The translations under genes were made by a program, and so were the position numbers. From Octopus bimaculoides (taxonomy: Eukaryota): a DNA stretch of 64,000 bases. The stretch covers positions 60,290,717 to 60,354,716 of the forward strand of contig NC_068989.1 in the NCBI RefSeq assembly GCF_001194135.2, written 5' to 3'. Position 1 is the first letter of the stretch; each line of letters begins with the position of its first letter. Under the pieces are notes generated by a model. It was given only the letters and a program-made list of their open reading frames with translations, was not told the DNA's origin and searched no databases. Of this stretch, positions 1-13,217 are shown piece by piece.

Positions 1-23
1 ATATATATATATATATATATATA

Positions 24-360
24 TGGGAGAATTTACGAAAAAACAACAGACGAAGACAGGTGGTGTAAACAACAAATGGATGTATTAGTATAACGCTCGG
101 GAATAGAGAAAGGAACACAGAAAGAAACAAGGAGAGAAACAAGGTGAATGTATATATATATATATTATCAATGTGGCAAATATATGTTACTGAGGAAAAC
201 TTGCTTTACTTTTGAAATATTTTTGTAAGCACAGAACGGACAAATGGTTACAAAGTCCGCTTTACAGCAACTAGTTTCCGAGTTTGATTCCATGGAATGC
301 CTGTTTGGGCAAATGTAATTTTCAAGTAGCTTTGGGTCGACAGACAGAAACTTCAATGTA
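24..360. repeat. Interspersed repeat fragment, possibly a Penelope-like terminal repeat
   Basis: GACGAAGACAGG...GTAAACAACAAATGGATGTATTAGTATAACGCTCGGG resembles a common octopus-type repeat end (from memory). No diagnostic protein motif. Confidence 0.25.
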
Positions 361-399
361 TCCTATCAGATGGATTGTACCTGTAATTCAAACGACTGC

Positions 400-590
400 A
401 GACTCCTTACACATCGTGTCATATCGTGCCACATTGTGTCACTCTGACTGAGCCTGAGAATTACATTAAAGTACGCATGCATTTACACTTTAATTCAGTT
501 CAGGAACACACTCTGTTGATCGAAGAAATGGAACCATTCTCATTGTTGAATGATGGTAATCCACCACAGCCCTTTATCATAATTGAGTGA
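400..590 (+). mobile_element. Degenerate 3' part of a SINE (probably the family of the 5.34-kb head)
   Basis: TTGTGTCACTCTGACTGAGCCTGAGAATTACATTAAAGTACGCATG...CTGTTGATCGAAGAAATGGAACC matches my recollection of this family's body and tail. Confidence 0.4.
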
Positions 591-3500
591 ATATAGAGTG
601 AGATATAAGTAAGGTCTTGTTGATTGACGACATGGTCCTGATTTTGATACTGATTTTGAAAGTAGATATATAGTAATTACTAGAGAAAGATTAATTAACT
701 TACATACATCTGAGTGTGAAGTTAAAGGAGGCCTTTTTTGTATTATTATAGTGAAGCCTACGTAAGTTATCTAAATTATGAAGTTGTGTCAGTGGAAGAT
801 TAAATAACGTTGAACTCAATAAACGGAAGTGACAGATTTCATATTAGTCGTAGAGTTATTTGTATTTAGTTTCTGGAGTTGCTGATGTCAAAAAATAAAA
901 GGAGATAAGTTTAACGGGAAGGACTTCCAGCTAATGGCAAAGTAAATTTTCCAATTGTCACTAAGCTAGTTTCTCTTCCAACTTATATTTTTCTTCTAAA
1001 GAAAGTAAACTAAAATTATAAGATCTTATTTGAAAGAGAAGTTATTTCAAATAATCTGCGTGGAATAACTATAAAATATCCTTCGAAACCCTCCCCTTAG
1101 TTTTACAGACAAAACTGTTAGACAATGTAATTTGAGATATACTAGTGAAAAGATGGGATAGTCACGGCTGGAATGGTCAGTTGGATGACATAGGTTTGAA
1201 CAACCACAACAGCAGCAATAGTAGCGGTAATAGCAACTACAACATGGACTTTGTTTGAAACTTGCTGAATGATTAAAATCATTTTAAACAATAGTTAGCA
1301 TTTGTGTCATATATAACTAGATTATCAATATAACTGCATTATCAATACTTTTGCTCCATTAGGAGACAAAGTAGTACACAACAGTTTCTCGCTTCAGTTA
1401 AGCGCATCGATCTGGTTAGATACTTTCTAATCTCAATCAAATGATCTTTTAAGACAATATATACGAGTGAAAAATAAGATTGCAAAAGTATGCTAAGTTC
1501 TTTTTTTTCTATTCGTATTTACATAATTATCTAAACCATAGATGTAATCGTCAGCTGGAAGTATATAGATTTAATAAGCGATATTACTTTATAAAGTCTG
1601 AGTGCAACGTTCTGGGGAACAGATTTCGAAAACAAATATGTGTTCCTGATGTATTTTTCTTTTGTCTGTATCTTTACTCTATCAATGCTTACATTCTGTT
1701 GCAAATTGCTTCATTTTTTTCTGAAAGTTTGTATTCCGAATTGGAAAGCACACTGAAGCGTGTTACTGTGCTGCAGCTTATTTTTCACATCAATTGTCTC
1801 TCATATCTCTTACAGCAAAACTGAAACACAATAAAAAAAAAAAAACAGGAACGAAATTGTTTAACAATGAATACTGGAACAAAACTAACACAAATATGCT
1901 TCAGCTAGCTCTACATAATCCATAGAGAATATAAGAGATTTTTTTTGTTTCTGGATAAAATTATAGAATATTCTCAAGATAAGAATTTATTATTGTTTTC
2001 TTTATCTCATATCGGTGTGTTTATTATTGACTAAAGTGTACAAAACATATATTGAAAGTATAACGCACATAGAAATATATCTAAAAAGGGTTAATTACAC
2101 TAAATATGCTGAAAATTAATAGACATTGATTATTATCTTTAAAAACAATTATGAATATTTAACTTTCTTTTGAATTCTACCGAGACAAAATATTTGAAAT
2201 ATGATTGCAAAATATTACTTGAGACCTACATTAAATCTGCAGATATTGTATCTTCGTACCTCATGTGACGTCTGATATTGATTCATAATCAGTTTTTAAA
2301 TGTGTGTTATAATGAACAAGTTATTTCCTTTTGACTGAGTCTTTTGCATTATTCTAATCCGCATTCGCTCTGATATACGTTCTGCTTTGGATTAACAAAA
2401 AAAAAAACATAGACCATCACCCAAATACTTCTACTTGAAATGATGATTCCATGAGATATTTTATCTTATTATCAGCTGTAATGCTATATAACACTTGAAA
2501 AATTCAACGTTATACAACTCTTTTGCTGTTTCATACTTCACATCAAGCATCATCAAGGTGAACTCTTTTTACCGTCTCTCTATCACATGTTGATACACTC
2601 ATAAAAATAAAGTTTCTTGATAAAAATATATTTCCAAGCAGTTAAAATTTGAATAACAAACGTTGTTTATTTTTCTTGCGGGAATCATTTACTAATCTCG
2701 TTTTAAGCTACTCTTTTAGTCTGCAGAATACTTTACAAATATTCACCAAATAATTCGAGCAAGTCTTTCAAGTTAATTAAAGTTAATTTATTAATATAAA
2801 GGATTTGACAAAAACCAAATTAGGTTATCCCCACGGATGGGAAATTAAAATACTTTGAGCTAAACTAAGCAAAGCATGCCGGCTTTGAATACATTTAATC
2901 AAATTTTGTTGTTTGATCATCGAGAATAAATCCAGAGGAAAAAATAATAAAACCCTGAATCACTGATTCAGTTACGTTAGCTTGCTTTCATTAACATTTT
3001 GCAGTCACCAACCAATTTATTTTTAATTCTTTTCTTGTTGAAGTAGTCTTCCTTTAATGATATCCACAGTGTCCATTAATTGTACTTTACAAGAATACGG
3101 TTTTTATAATATTTTTGATTTGTTGATACAAAGCTATTACTTTGCGATAATGGTTATATTGACTCGGCAAATCGGAACCGTAAAGTATAATCTAAATAGA
3201 TTATAAAATATCAAATAATGCTTCAGCAGAAAATTCAGCTCTCTTTATTTACCATTCAGATTTTTCTCGCATTGATAAATAAAATTTAGTATATTACCTG
3301 TGATACATATAACTGGACTCCTAAGCACGTTATTATATTCATAAAGCCCTTACGTTTGAATCACTATGGCTGACATATGATTAAAAATGAACTGAAGGCG
3401 TGTGATGGTTTAAACTTCAAAAAAAAAAAAAAACGTTTCCACCTGCGATAAACATATCACGTGTAGAGAGACCTAAGATTATGAAGAAAATAGGAAAGAA

Positions 3501-5339
3501 ACCATGAAATTTGTAATAAATACTGACTCGTTGATATCTGAAGCATTATGAATTAAACATGAATGAATAGGTTGTCTACCTATTTCTTCTACGTAATAAA
3601 ATTTCGCACTGCACTGTTCTCTTCACTCTAAAAGACATTGGATACTTTTCTCGATTTACACTAATTCTTTAAATCTTGAATTAATGAAACACCCTTCATT
3701 TGTTGATACCCCCTATTACCCTAATCGATAAAATTTACCTCTCTGTCGTATGTATTACGCCAGGTTGCTCAAATAAATACTTTCTTAAAGACGTGTCTTT
3801 GATGTGTCCTTTAAAAACGTGTCTTTGACTATCCAGACAGTAGTTTGGCACGCTTTCATCTTCAGTGCCTAACACTCTCCCAATCTTTATAGTGATGACA
3901 ATATTAAAAGAATATCAAAAGAATATTAAAAGAACATTGGTTAGTAATTATATATTTCAAATGGAAATAATCCATAGATTTTAGATATGAAAAGGCATTT
4001 CAGTAAATAATGTTATACAGATATATTGGAAGTTTGTGTGGCTTCTCTTCAGAGAGAACTTGGGAAAATAATGGGAAGTTTTAAATATACAATAAAGTAG
4101 TTAATTTGCAATCGAATCACTGAGAGCTGATAAAAATGATGGAGCAATGACAGCGCTTCTTTACTATAATAGTTTTTCATTCTACTAATCTCTCCGATTG
4201 TCGTGAAATCGCCAATTGACAAACAAAATTGCTTCGATTTTTCTACACCGGATTTCCCTGACATTTCATGTGGCATTATACTTCTTGACAGTGACTCTTT
4301 TATAGCGTTTCTTCAGATAATCTATAAAATTAAGCCACATTATTTTCCTTATTAAAATTTGAAGCGCGAAACATGATTGGCAGTCTTATAAAATAAATCG
4401 ATATTATAAAATGAACACCTATTCCTGTAATACCTTTTAGTTTCTATGACGAAATGAGATAATTTTGCAAATCGTTTCCCAAGTCAACAACATCACCTTC
4501 AATTCTAATAACTATTTTCTTTTCAAACAAATACTTTCAGACTATTAAAGATTTACCTGGCTTAGTATTTCAGAAAATCACGTGAAAAGGGAATTTTCTT
4601 AACATTGGTTAACATTGATTGCTTGTTAAATCTATTCATTATATGCAATATAAATTTAAATTAATCTATGAAGGTATAATAGTTAGCTTTAATAGAAAAC
4701 TACGCCTTCATTTCCCATTTTTAATATTTTATGCTATGCAGTCTGCGAAAAATCGAGTATAAAAGATAAAAGTATAAAAAATGTCACGTAGTCAGTTGAA
4801 TCGATGGACACCGTTAAAGACTTCATTATTCATCGATCAATAATAATTTATTTTGACATGGCATACGTTCAGTTATGCAAGGGCAATGACGAAGTCGAAC
4901 TGAATCGATTTTAGAATATTACTAGATTTTTTTTTATCAACTACAGAAGAACGAATGATGACAAGATTTAAATTGGGAATCGAGAGGTTCACAATGAGAT
5001 CTGTAATGCATGTAGTCTAGAACGTTGGGTTTAACATTGAATCATGAGAAAGTAATAATTATATCATAAATATTTAGGATTCTGAATGATTATTTTTCAC
5101 AAGAAATTAAGGCATATAGAACGGACAGAATACATTCGATGAATTTTTTTTTTAATTGGAAAATGAAAGCTTATTAAAATAACTCCTAGATACCCGTGAA
5201 TGTGTCTCTGTAGTAGATGAGAAATGTGATTTGTTTTTATTGTTTACTTCCAAACCAAACTTTATTGACGAAACTAATGATCAAAATCTTTCATCACGTT
5301 AATTATGCTGTGGTTTCCTAGTTAGTATATATAGGACTA

Positions 5340-5488
5340 GTGAAGGCGCGTGGCTTAGTGGTTAGAGTTTTCGGCTCACGATTGCAAGGTCGTGAGTTCA
5401 AATCCGGCATGGCGTTGTGTCCTTGAACAAGACACTTTATTTCCCGTTACTCCAGTCCACTCAGCTGACAAAAATGAGTAGTACCTGC
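5340..5488 (+). mobile_element. tRNA-derived SINE head (family C)
   Basis: Pol III A box TGGCTTAGTGG (5351-5361) and B box GAGTTCAAATCC (~5394-5405), followed by the non-tRNA body GTGTCCTTGAACAAGACACTT...CTCCAGTCCACTCAGCTG...ATGAGTAGTACC. Confidence 0.8.
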
Positions 5489-6086
5489 TTGGAGACGGTA
5501 GTGTATCACTTGAGGGAGATTCAACAGCTATATCCAGTAGTTATAGTGGTCAAATGCAGGAACCGCTCTTGGCTTGTGTTTCGCTATATTTATTTGGTGA
5601 TGATTATGGAAAGCATATGAAAAATTTTCTAGTCGTACTTGCTTAACAATTGGCTTCTAACATGTAAAAATGTTAACACGATATTCTGATTCTATAGACA
5701 TAAATTGACGTCTACGTTAAAAGCTGTAAGGATTCCCTCAGTAAAATGCGTATTTCTAGGTGTATTCAATACAGCGATTTATTGCATCAGCCATGTAGTT
5801 AGATCATTGCTTTCAAACTGAGAAAAATTTGGTTACCAAATGAAAATTCACTTCTATCATGATATATTAGAAAAAACTTATTCACATTTTGAGGTTTCAG
5901 AAATAATAGAAGAATACAAGAAAGTTCGCATGAATAAATTCGAAGTATTGAATAGTTAGTTTATATTCTCAGTAAAATCTGCGATTCCTACGTATATTAC
6001 AACTTAGATTAACATAAACGACGAAATGTATGGACAGCTTGCAAATATTACACTAATATATTGGGCATGGGAGACATTGAAGAATT

Positions 6087-6116
6087 ACTACTACTACTAC
6101 TACTACTACTACTGCT
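6087..6116 (+). repeat. (CTA)n microsatellite running into gap 6117-6529
   Basis: Read directly from the sequence. Confidence 0.95.
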
Positions 6117-6892
6117 NNNNNNNNNNNNNNNNNNNNNNNNNNNNNNNNNNNNNNNNNNNNNNNNNNNNNNNNNNNNNNNNNNNNNNNNNNNNNNNNNNNN
6201 NNNNNNNNNNNNNNNNNNNNNNNNNNNNNNNNNNNNNNNNNNNNNNNNNNNNNNNNNNNNNNNNNNNNNNNNNNNNNNNNNNNNNNNNNNNNNNNNNNNN
6301 NNNNNNNNNNNNNNNNNNNNNNNNNNNNNNNNNNNNNNNNNNNNNNNNNNNNNNNNNNNNNNNNNNNNNNNNNNNNNNNNNNNNNNNNNNNNNNNNNNNN
6401 NNNNNNNNNNNNNNNNNNNNNNNNNNNNNNNNNNNNNNNNNNNNNNNNNNNNNNNNNNNNNNNNNNNNNNNNNNNNNNNNNNNNNNNNNNNNNNNNNNNN
6501 NNNNNNNNNNNNNNNNNNNNNNNNNNNNNCCGCCTTCCCCTCCTCCTCCTTTCTCTTAACTACAATACATTGCTGCTTGTTATGTGCTCCAGTGTTACGC
6601 TTTTAATCAACGAACGAGATCGAAATTCTTTATCTAATGAAACGAGACGATGGAGCATTATACTTTAATCAGCCTTTTACTGTGGAACGAAGTCAAAGAA
6701 ATAAATACTTAGCACAAGGAAACAAGTTCAAATGTTACACGTTCAATAACTCAAACTATGGAAAGAGATCATTATCTTTCACATAATGGAACATTATTAT
6801 GAAGAAGCATAAATATATGAATCCAAATAGAAGCGAAAAAAATAATAATAAAATAAAGCATGAAATTACCACAGCTCTTTTCCCGTAATAAT

Positions 6893-7098
6893 GATTTCAA
6901 ATATTGGCACAAAACCTGCACTTTGGTGGGGAGGGTAAGTCGATTACAACAACCACAATGCTCAGCTGGTGCTTATTTTATCGACCTCGAAAGGATGAAA
7001 GGAAAAGTCGACCCGGCGGAACTAGAACTCAGAACGTGAAGACGGACGAAATATCGTTAAGCATATAGTCCGGGGTGCTAACGATTCTAGCTCGCCGC
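6893..7098 (-). mobile_element. tRNA-derived SINE, family A
   Basis: The + strand reads ...GGTGCTTATTTTATCGACCTCGAAAGGATGAAAGGAAAAGTCGACC...GAACTCAGAACGTGAAGACGGACGAAA...GCTAACGATTCTAGCTCGCCGC. The same block recurs at 8.65, 16.86, 46.67, 48.5, 48.8, 49.07 and 53.35 kb; the B-box-like GAGTTCAAATTCC is on the minus strand in the better copies. Confidence 0.85.
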
Positions 7099-7107
7099 TA
7101 GCTAGCT

Positions 7108-7373
7108 GAATGGAAGTGTTTCGTTCAACACCTATAAACAACTCTTTTCAGGGACCGTTTGAGTGGGATGGGCTACTCAACTTGAAGAAATTCTAACTGG
7201 GCCCCACCTGTAAGGTCATGCGCTGTTTCTGTTGATATGAGATCACTATGTAGCGCACAAATGGTTGTGATACATGTGCTTGGTGTACCCTTATCAGACA
7301 GGTAGTCACAATGGGTACAGAGGGATTCGTATATTTGTACTCCTGTGTCAATTTGATGTCATATGCAAGAAAG
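7108..7373 (+). mobile_element. 5'-truncated retroelement 3' end (copy 1), ending in (AAT)n; probably an RLE-LINE 3' UTR
   Basis: Aligns to 7745-8008 at a ~630-bp offset: AATTCTAACTGGGCCCCACCTGTAAGGTCATGCGCTGTTT (7189) vs AATTCTAACTGGGTCCCACCAGCAAGGTCATGCGCTGTTT (7819). Non-coding; the LINE assignment is inference. Confidence 0.6.
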
Positions 7374-7388
7374 ATAATAATAATAATG

Positions 7389-7441
<53 letters not shown>

Positions 7442-7465
7442 CATAATAATAATAATGATAATAAT
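7374..7465 (+). repeat. (AAT)n microsatellite
   Basis: Read directly from the sequence. Confidence 0.95.
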
Positions 7466-8008
7466 AGATGCACTACCAGGCACAGGCACAGGCTCTCATG
7501 GCTTCTGATTTTAACTGATTGGAAATGTCATCATGTACATGTTTTGTCTTGATATAAAAGACAGGCTACAGCAAATATTCTGCTCAATACCACAGATTTA
7601 CTTGTCAGTTGTTTGATCCTAACCACTTCAGCATGTCCATTGGTGACTGACGACATCTGAACACGAGCAGATGTAATGGCGGAGCATCATAGCCATGTGG
7701 TGAGGGGAATTATTTGGGTTGGGGTTTGAATAATTCAGCTTTGAAAGAATGAATGTTTCGTTGAACACCTTAAACAACCCTTATTCTTGAACCTTTCGAT
7801 GTTACTCGACCTGAAGAAAATTCTAACTGGGTCCCACCAGCAAGGTCATGCGCTGTTTATCTTGATATGAGATCATAATCTCGCGCACTCATGGTTGTGA
7901 TGCATATGCCTGATGTACCCTTATCGGACGGGTAGTCATGATGTGTATGCTGGGCTTCATATATTTTACTCCAGTGTTACTTTGATGGCATGCACTACTC
8001 TCTCACTT
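7466..8008 (+). mobile_element. Longer 5'-truncated copy (copy 2) of the same retroelement 3' end, ending in (AAT)n
   Basis: Its 3' ~260 bp match copy 1, with ~280 bp of extra 5' sequence. It starts immediately after the (AAT)n tail of copy 1 and ends ...GCATGCACTACTCTCTCACTT(AAT)n. Confidence 0.6.
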
Positions 8009-8012
8009 AATG

Positions 8013-8087
<75 letters not shown>

Positions 8088-8122
8088 GTAATAATAATAA
8101 TAATAATAATGGTAATAATAAT
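8009..8122 (+). repeat. (AAT)n microsatellite
   Basis: Read directly from the sequence. Confidence 0.95.
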
Positions 8123-8629
8123 TTGAGATAGGTACTTGGATGTGGAATATCTCCTACAATAATTAACAACTGCGTAAAGAGACTCTGTGAGATGTCTAAA
8201 AGCAGACTGCTGTCCGCCCTCACAGAAACTATCAGAGCAAACAAGACCAAGCGCTCTGAGAAGTAAAAAAAAAAACTAACAAAAACAACGACAATAACAA
8301 TAATAATAATAAGAAGAAGAATAAAGTAATAGTGCTAATTGAGAAAGAAAGCAAGCGATGCTGGATCATAGATATAGCATGCCCAACTGGCAACAGTGAG
8401 TAAAAATCTCGAGTAAATGGAACAAATAGGGGCTGCAATAAGGGTGGAGCACTTGCAGAAAATAGCACTGCTTGGAACCGCTCGAATTGTCCGGATGGTA
8501 CTCGAAATATAAGGGGGTGTTACCTTAGTTCATTGGTAGTGAATAGCTGGCACCGTAGTACATCGGTGCAAAGGTAGTGAACAGCTGGCACCGTAGTACA
8601 TCGCCGGCGTTAGAAGCTGTTCAAAGAGA
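8123..8629 (+). mobile_element. R4/Dong-type RLE non-LTR retrotransposon, degenerate 3' fragment
   Basis: 8329-8403 translates as IVLIEKESKRCWIIDIACPTGN (RLE PD..D region) and 8426-8512 as IGAAIRVEHLQKIALLGTARIVRMVLEI* (typical RLE-LINE C-terminus). A short 3' UTR and (AAT)n follow. Confidence 0.8.
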
Positions 8630-8644
8630 ATAAATAATAATAAT

Positions 8645-8858
8645 AATCCTTTCTCTTATAGGTACAAGGCCTGATATTTTGGTGGAGGAGACAAGTCGGT
8701 TACAGCGATTCCAGTGCTGGCTGGTACTTAATTTATCGATCTTGAAAGAATGAAAGCAAAGTCGACCTCGGCGGAATTTGAACTCAGAACGTAAAGACGG
8801 ACGAAATGCCGCTAAGCATTTTGTCCTGCGTGCTAACGATTCTGACAGCTCACCGCCT
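8645..8858 (-). mobile_element. tRNA-derived SINE, family A
   Basis: Near full length: AATCCTTTCT...ACAAGGCCTGA...GGTACTTAATTTATCGATC...GAATGAAAGCAAAGTCGACCTCGGCGGAATTTGAACTCAGAACGTAAAGACGGACGAAATGCCGCTAAGCATTTTG...CTCACCGCCT. Confidence 0.9.
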
Positions 8859-11800
8859 AAATAATAATAATGATGATGATGAGGATATGGTATGGTGGTA
8901 CGGAAGCCGATGAACTTCGATGCCTGTAGACATGGCGTATGAAGAGATAGAGAGAAAGAGAAAGAGAGTAAGAGATAGAAAGAATTTAGCTTATTTATAT
9001 TTTCCTTTCATTTTACGGACAAAGTTTGAAAATTATTGCTTATCACGTGACTCTCCAATAATATTTTGATCGAACCTTCCAAAAAAAAAAAAGTATAAAT
9101 CTTTCCAATTTAAAGTGTGGATTTACTATTGCTAATTTAGTTTGGTCAGTGCAATGCACGAGACTCTCGGTCTTTGAGTCATTTGCGTAATTTTACAGCC
9201 GAATATATATGAAAAAAATTCTTGCAGTTGTATTTCTCTTCTTTGTTCTACCAAACATATACACACATTTAAACATTGTATTTCTTACGTTTATCTATAT
9301 TGATATATGCATTTATATAGAATGTAGAATGTCAGACTAAATTACAATATTATCTTTTACGCTCAGGCGTAGATAAAACAAGAGTAACCCACAGGATTAG
9401 TTTCATCGACTATTCGTTTATGGCATGCAAATTGAACTGAAGCAAGAAACCAGATATAAACGTTATCGTCTCTGCATGTTAAATATTTTATATCTGCAAT
9501 ATAATTAATTTATTACCTATAGTAGGCGACAGAATCTTAAGATATGCTAAAAAGTCAGTCATAAATAACTACGTTATATTAATTTTCAGTTGCATAGTAA
9601 AAGATGTGCACATATAAAGCTTTTTTCAAAGCAAATTTGCAATTTTTTGATAAAGTCAACAAATTACCTGGCCATAAATTGTTTCCCGGTTTATCGAAAC
9701 AGTGACAACATGTCTGCTATCAAAGGATATGCTGCATGTTAAACAAAAGTCGATATTCTCAGAAAGATCACTGCTAAAAGTTCAATTACGTATTTATGAC
9801 CAGCAATTTATCTTTTTTCACTGAATATCCACATGAAATAACCTGGTGTTATTGCTATCTGATTTGAAAAAGTCCAAATTGATGCAATGACGACTTCATG
9901 AAGCAGAATTTTTTTTTAAAACTATAATACATGAAACAAAACAGACAGGATAATACTAAATGGTGTTGACCAGAAAATGGTAACCAAAGCTCAATGTAGT
10001 TTCTTCGATTTTGAATGTTAATGCATTACTATGGGAAAAGACCATAGGGTGAGGTGTAGAATATATTTATTGAATTTGAAAGTATGAACGTTAAGGCCTA
10101 ATGTTATGATCTAGATGCAGTAGTGGAGACTGCTCTTCTAAGATGAATGCCTTTCCACAATATGAGTGATGTTAAATGGTGTAAATCTTTCGATTCAACA
10201 AAGTATACAAATAAACCTAAAATAATTCAAATACAAACGAAGAAAGAATTTAAATTTAAACTAAGTGAATCTAAAGACTGAATGGTATTTATTATCTGAC
10301 AAAAAGCAGTTTAATCTCGATGTGACACAATACAAATTTTACTAACATGATATTTATTCAGAAAGAACTTTTGTTTAAATGGAAAAGAATATTTAGTGAA
10401 GGCAGTATCATTGTATGAACGGATTTTTCTGGCAACAAGATATTAAAGAGGTTCTTTGTAGTCGTTTCTATCAACCCATAAATTTACGCAGGCTTGATTA
10501 ATGCCTTCGTGGTATCTTGCTAACTGTCGTTTAAGAATATTAATGTAAATGTTCCACGGGAAAGGTATTGTTAGATAGCGAATGATCAGCTCATTTCTGC
10601 TAAGGAACAATATTTTTTCCTGTTGTAGGGCTATTATAATAAGCATAACATACATTTCAACCAGCCTTCACAAATACAAACATGATTGATACACTTATTC
10701 CCAATCAAATAAATATACACAATAAACGCACAATCAAAATCATACGCATATATAAACACACATACACACATATAAATAAAAGAGAGATCCCATTTATCGC
10801 GATTTTCGTCAACACGGAGTTCGATTTATGCGCTTTTTGTTTTGTGATCACATTTCAATATACCCAGTATAATTTCACATGTACGCTCGCCTTAATTCCA
10901 TTCAACTCACTGAATGCTTCACATGTCCTGCAGGATTATCTTAGCTTCTTTGTTCACTACTACGTACTGCCATATTCCCATATTCAGTGTTCGTTATTTG
11001 ACACTTTTAATGTTTCTGTGCAATTCATTGTCTCATATCGTTAACCCACCAGCGGCACATTACTGTCTGCATGCTTTAATCGTCGTTGCGTTTATAGTTA
11101 ATAACATATTTGTGCATTCATTGTGAACCAAGTGCTACGCTATCTGCAGCAAGTTCTTTCCTATTTGTTCAATACAAGATTTTGATCTTACTACCATACT
11201 CTACCACTCTATTAGACTCCGTTTTTCCTGTGCCAATTCTCTTTCTTTTCTTCTATACGTTTCTATTATATCATCGTACCCTACACTATGACCATCTTTT
11301 CTCACTCTCTACAGTCAGACGCCACAACTGTTATTCACTACTCATTACTCACTTGTCACCGTATTTGGTGTTTCTAGGCGTTTTACTTTACCTACAGTGG
11401 AAGTACAATTTACTCCTCATAACAGCTGCATTTATCGATTTTATCGATTTTTCGTAAACAGTCATTGAAATGTTTTCTTGCCAACGCAGGCTCTCAAAAT
11501 CTTTGAGTGGATTCCGGTTTTACTAGAAACATGTGAAGCACAGCTGTGGACTTTGCAATGAGGGCACCTTTCACTGTTTTCTCATAAACATCGTCCATCC
11601 GGTATTCGTACATATAACAAACTACTATTATGATGAAAAGAAATTTGAGATCACGTGTTGGCAACACAAGAGAAGGGATTGATTTCTGAAGAGAATAGAT
11701 AGAATATGAAATGAGAGACATACTCAAGATATTGTATCTCAAATCCTGAATGATTTGTCCATTTCAAAAGCATCAAAACATGATAAATTTCAAAGGCTGA

Positions 11801-12592
11801 AGGAAAAGTAAGCGAAGATCATGTTTTAAGAAAACAGAAGGCAGTCACTGCAAATGAAACAAACTTACTGAATCAGAATATGACTAGAAAGAAATGTTTC
11901 ACTGGGAAGAAACTGGGTTGTTTTAGAATAAAATTCTTGAGCACTGAAAAGTTTTAACCACTGAGCGCACCTTTTAATGCAGGTCTGATAAAGTGCCACT
12001 CTAATGTTTAAAATCATAAATATTACGTAACATATTTCATAGGAACCCTTTGCGTACATGGTGTTAAATCAAGATGGTAACGACGAAATTGTAACTGGCC
12101 ATTAAAGAAGTGTTCATGTACTAAACACTTTCTTTGTCATATATATATATACATATATAAAAGATAAACAAGAGTGAAAAAAACTACAGAAGGCTGGTGT
12201 TATATAGTTAAAGTATATAGCTAAATCGTTTTGTTAGAAAAATGTTATAAAATTTTGAGTATAGAAACATTATTTTGGGAGAAATAACCGGTTTCGTATT
12301 TTCTTTTCAAATTTCTCTACCTGTATCGTAACATGTCTTCACTCCGGTATAAAATATGGTGTTCTAAATAGGGGCAGGTAATCAGGGATTTTTTCCGGTA
12401 TAAGGGAGATAATCAAAAATGTTAGAGATGATAGATTTTGATTAATTTAACATGATTTGGTTTAGAAGGAATAGAATGTTATAAGTGGTTAGGTTTTGCT
12501 CTATATTCGNNNNNNNNNNAGAATGTTATAAGTGGTTAGGTTTTGCTCTATATTCGTTTTCTCAGTGAGGTGACTTTCCTTATTTAAAAGTG

Positions 12593-12781
12593 TTAGCAAT
12601 GGTTAAGTTTTGGCTTATATTTATCAATGAAGAAGGTTTCCTTATTTAATCTAATTTCTGTTGGTGTTCCAATGGCACATTGATAGAATGGAAAGATTAT
12701 AAATTGTGGTAGCATTTGTTTTGCGCATTTCTCAATATGTTCACTAAAGGGTATCATTCTGTATTCTGTATTCACCGAGAA
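12593..12781 (-). mobile_element. Penelope-like element, GIY-YIG endonuclease C-terminal fragment
   Basis: Translates as EYRMIPFSEHIEKCAKQMLPQFIIFPFYQCAIGTPTEIRLNKETFFIDKYKPKLN, the typical R..KE..FI.KY.P.LN end. It parallels the 23.5-kb copy (FSEHIDICA...KESCFIAKYKPPLN). Confidence 0.8.
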
Positions 12782-12788
12782 AAAAATA

Positions 12789-12829
<41 letters not shown>

Positions 12830-13179
12830 CATATATATTATTGAAGAAGAGCTTTAATGGAACACTCCAGGATTTTAAAATTGTCCTTGACATTTCATTT
12901 TGTAAGGAACAAAATGTGTGGAAAATCCCCACTTTTATGCTTCTACATGCGGTGTTTGTCAGATTTCGCAAGGGTTACAACTGAGAAAATACCTTGGATT
13001 TCTAAACCCCTTTAATCATGAAGGGGAGTAATCGATAACGTCAACGTCAATACTTACCACAGCGTGGTAAATGTTTACTCGAGCTCTACGTTACGGAAAA
13101 GGGAACTGACACAGGTGAAAAGCAACAATCAACCACACAGAAAAAAGACGCACACACAAACACACAAACACACACAAAT

Positions 13180-13217
<38 letters not shown>

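Noticed and set aside
5340-5420. True tRNA gene
   Set aside because: The A and B boxes continue into a SINE body that recurs at 55.6 kb, and there is no acceptor-stem closure.
1480-11742. Short protein-like ORFs at 1480-1824, 4049-4276, 10443-10655 and 11494-11742 as host exons (likewise 56760-56969 and 61261-61563)
   Set aside because: No recognisable domain, no consistent splice or phase chain, and lengths are within chance expectation for AT-rich DNA.
12473-12556. 37-bp exact direct repeat around a 10-N gap
   Set aside because: Typical of an unmerged contig overlap, so probably an assembly artefact.
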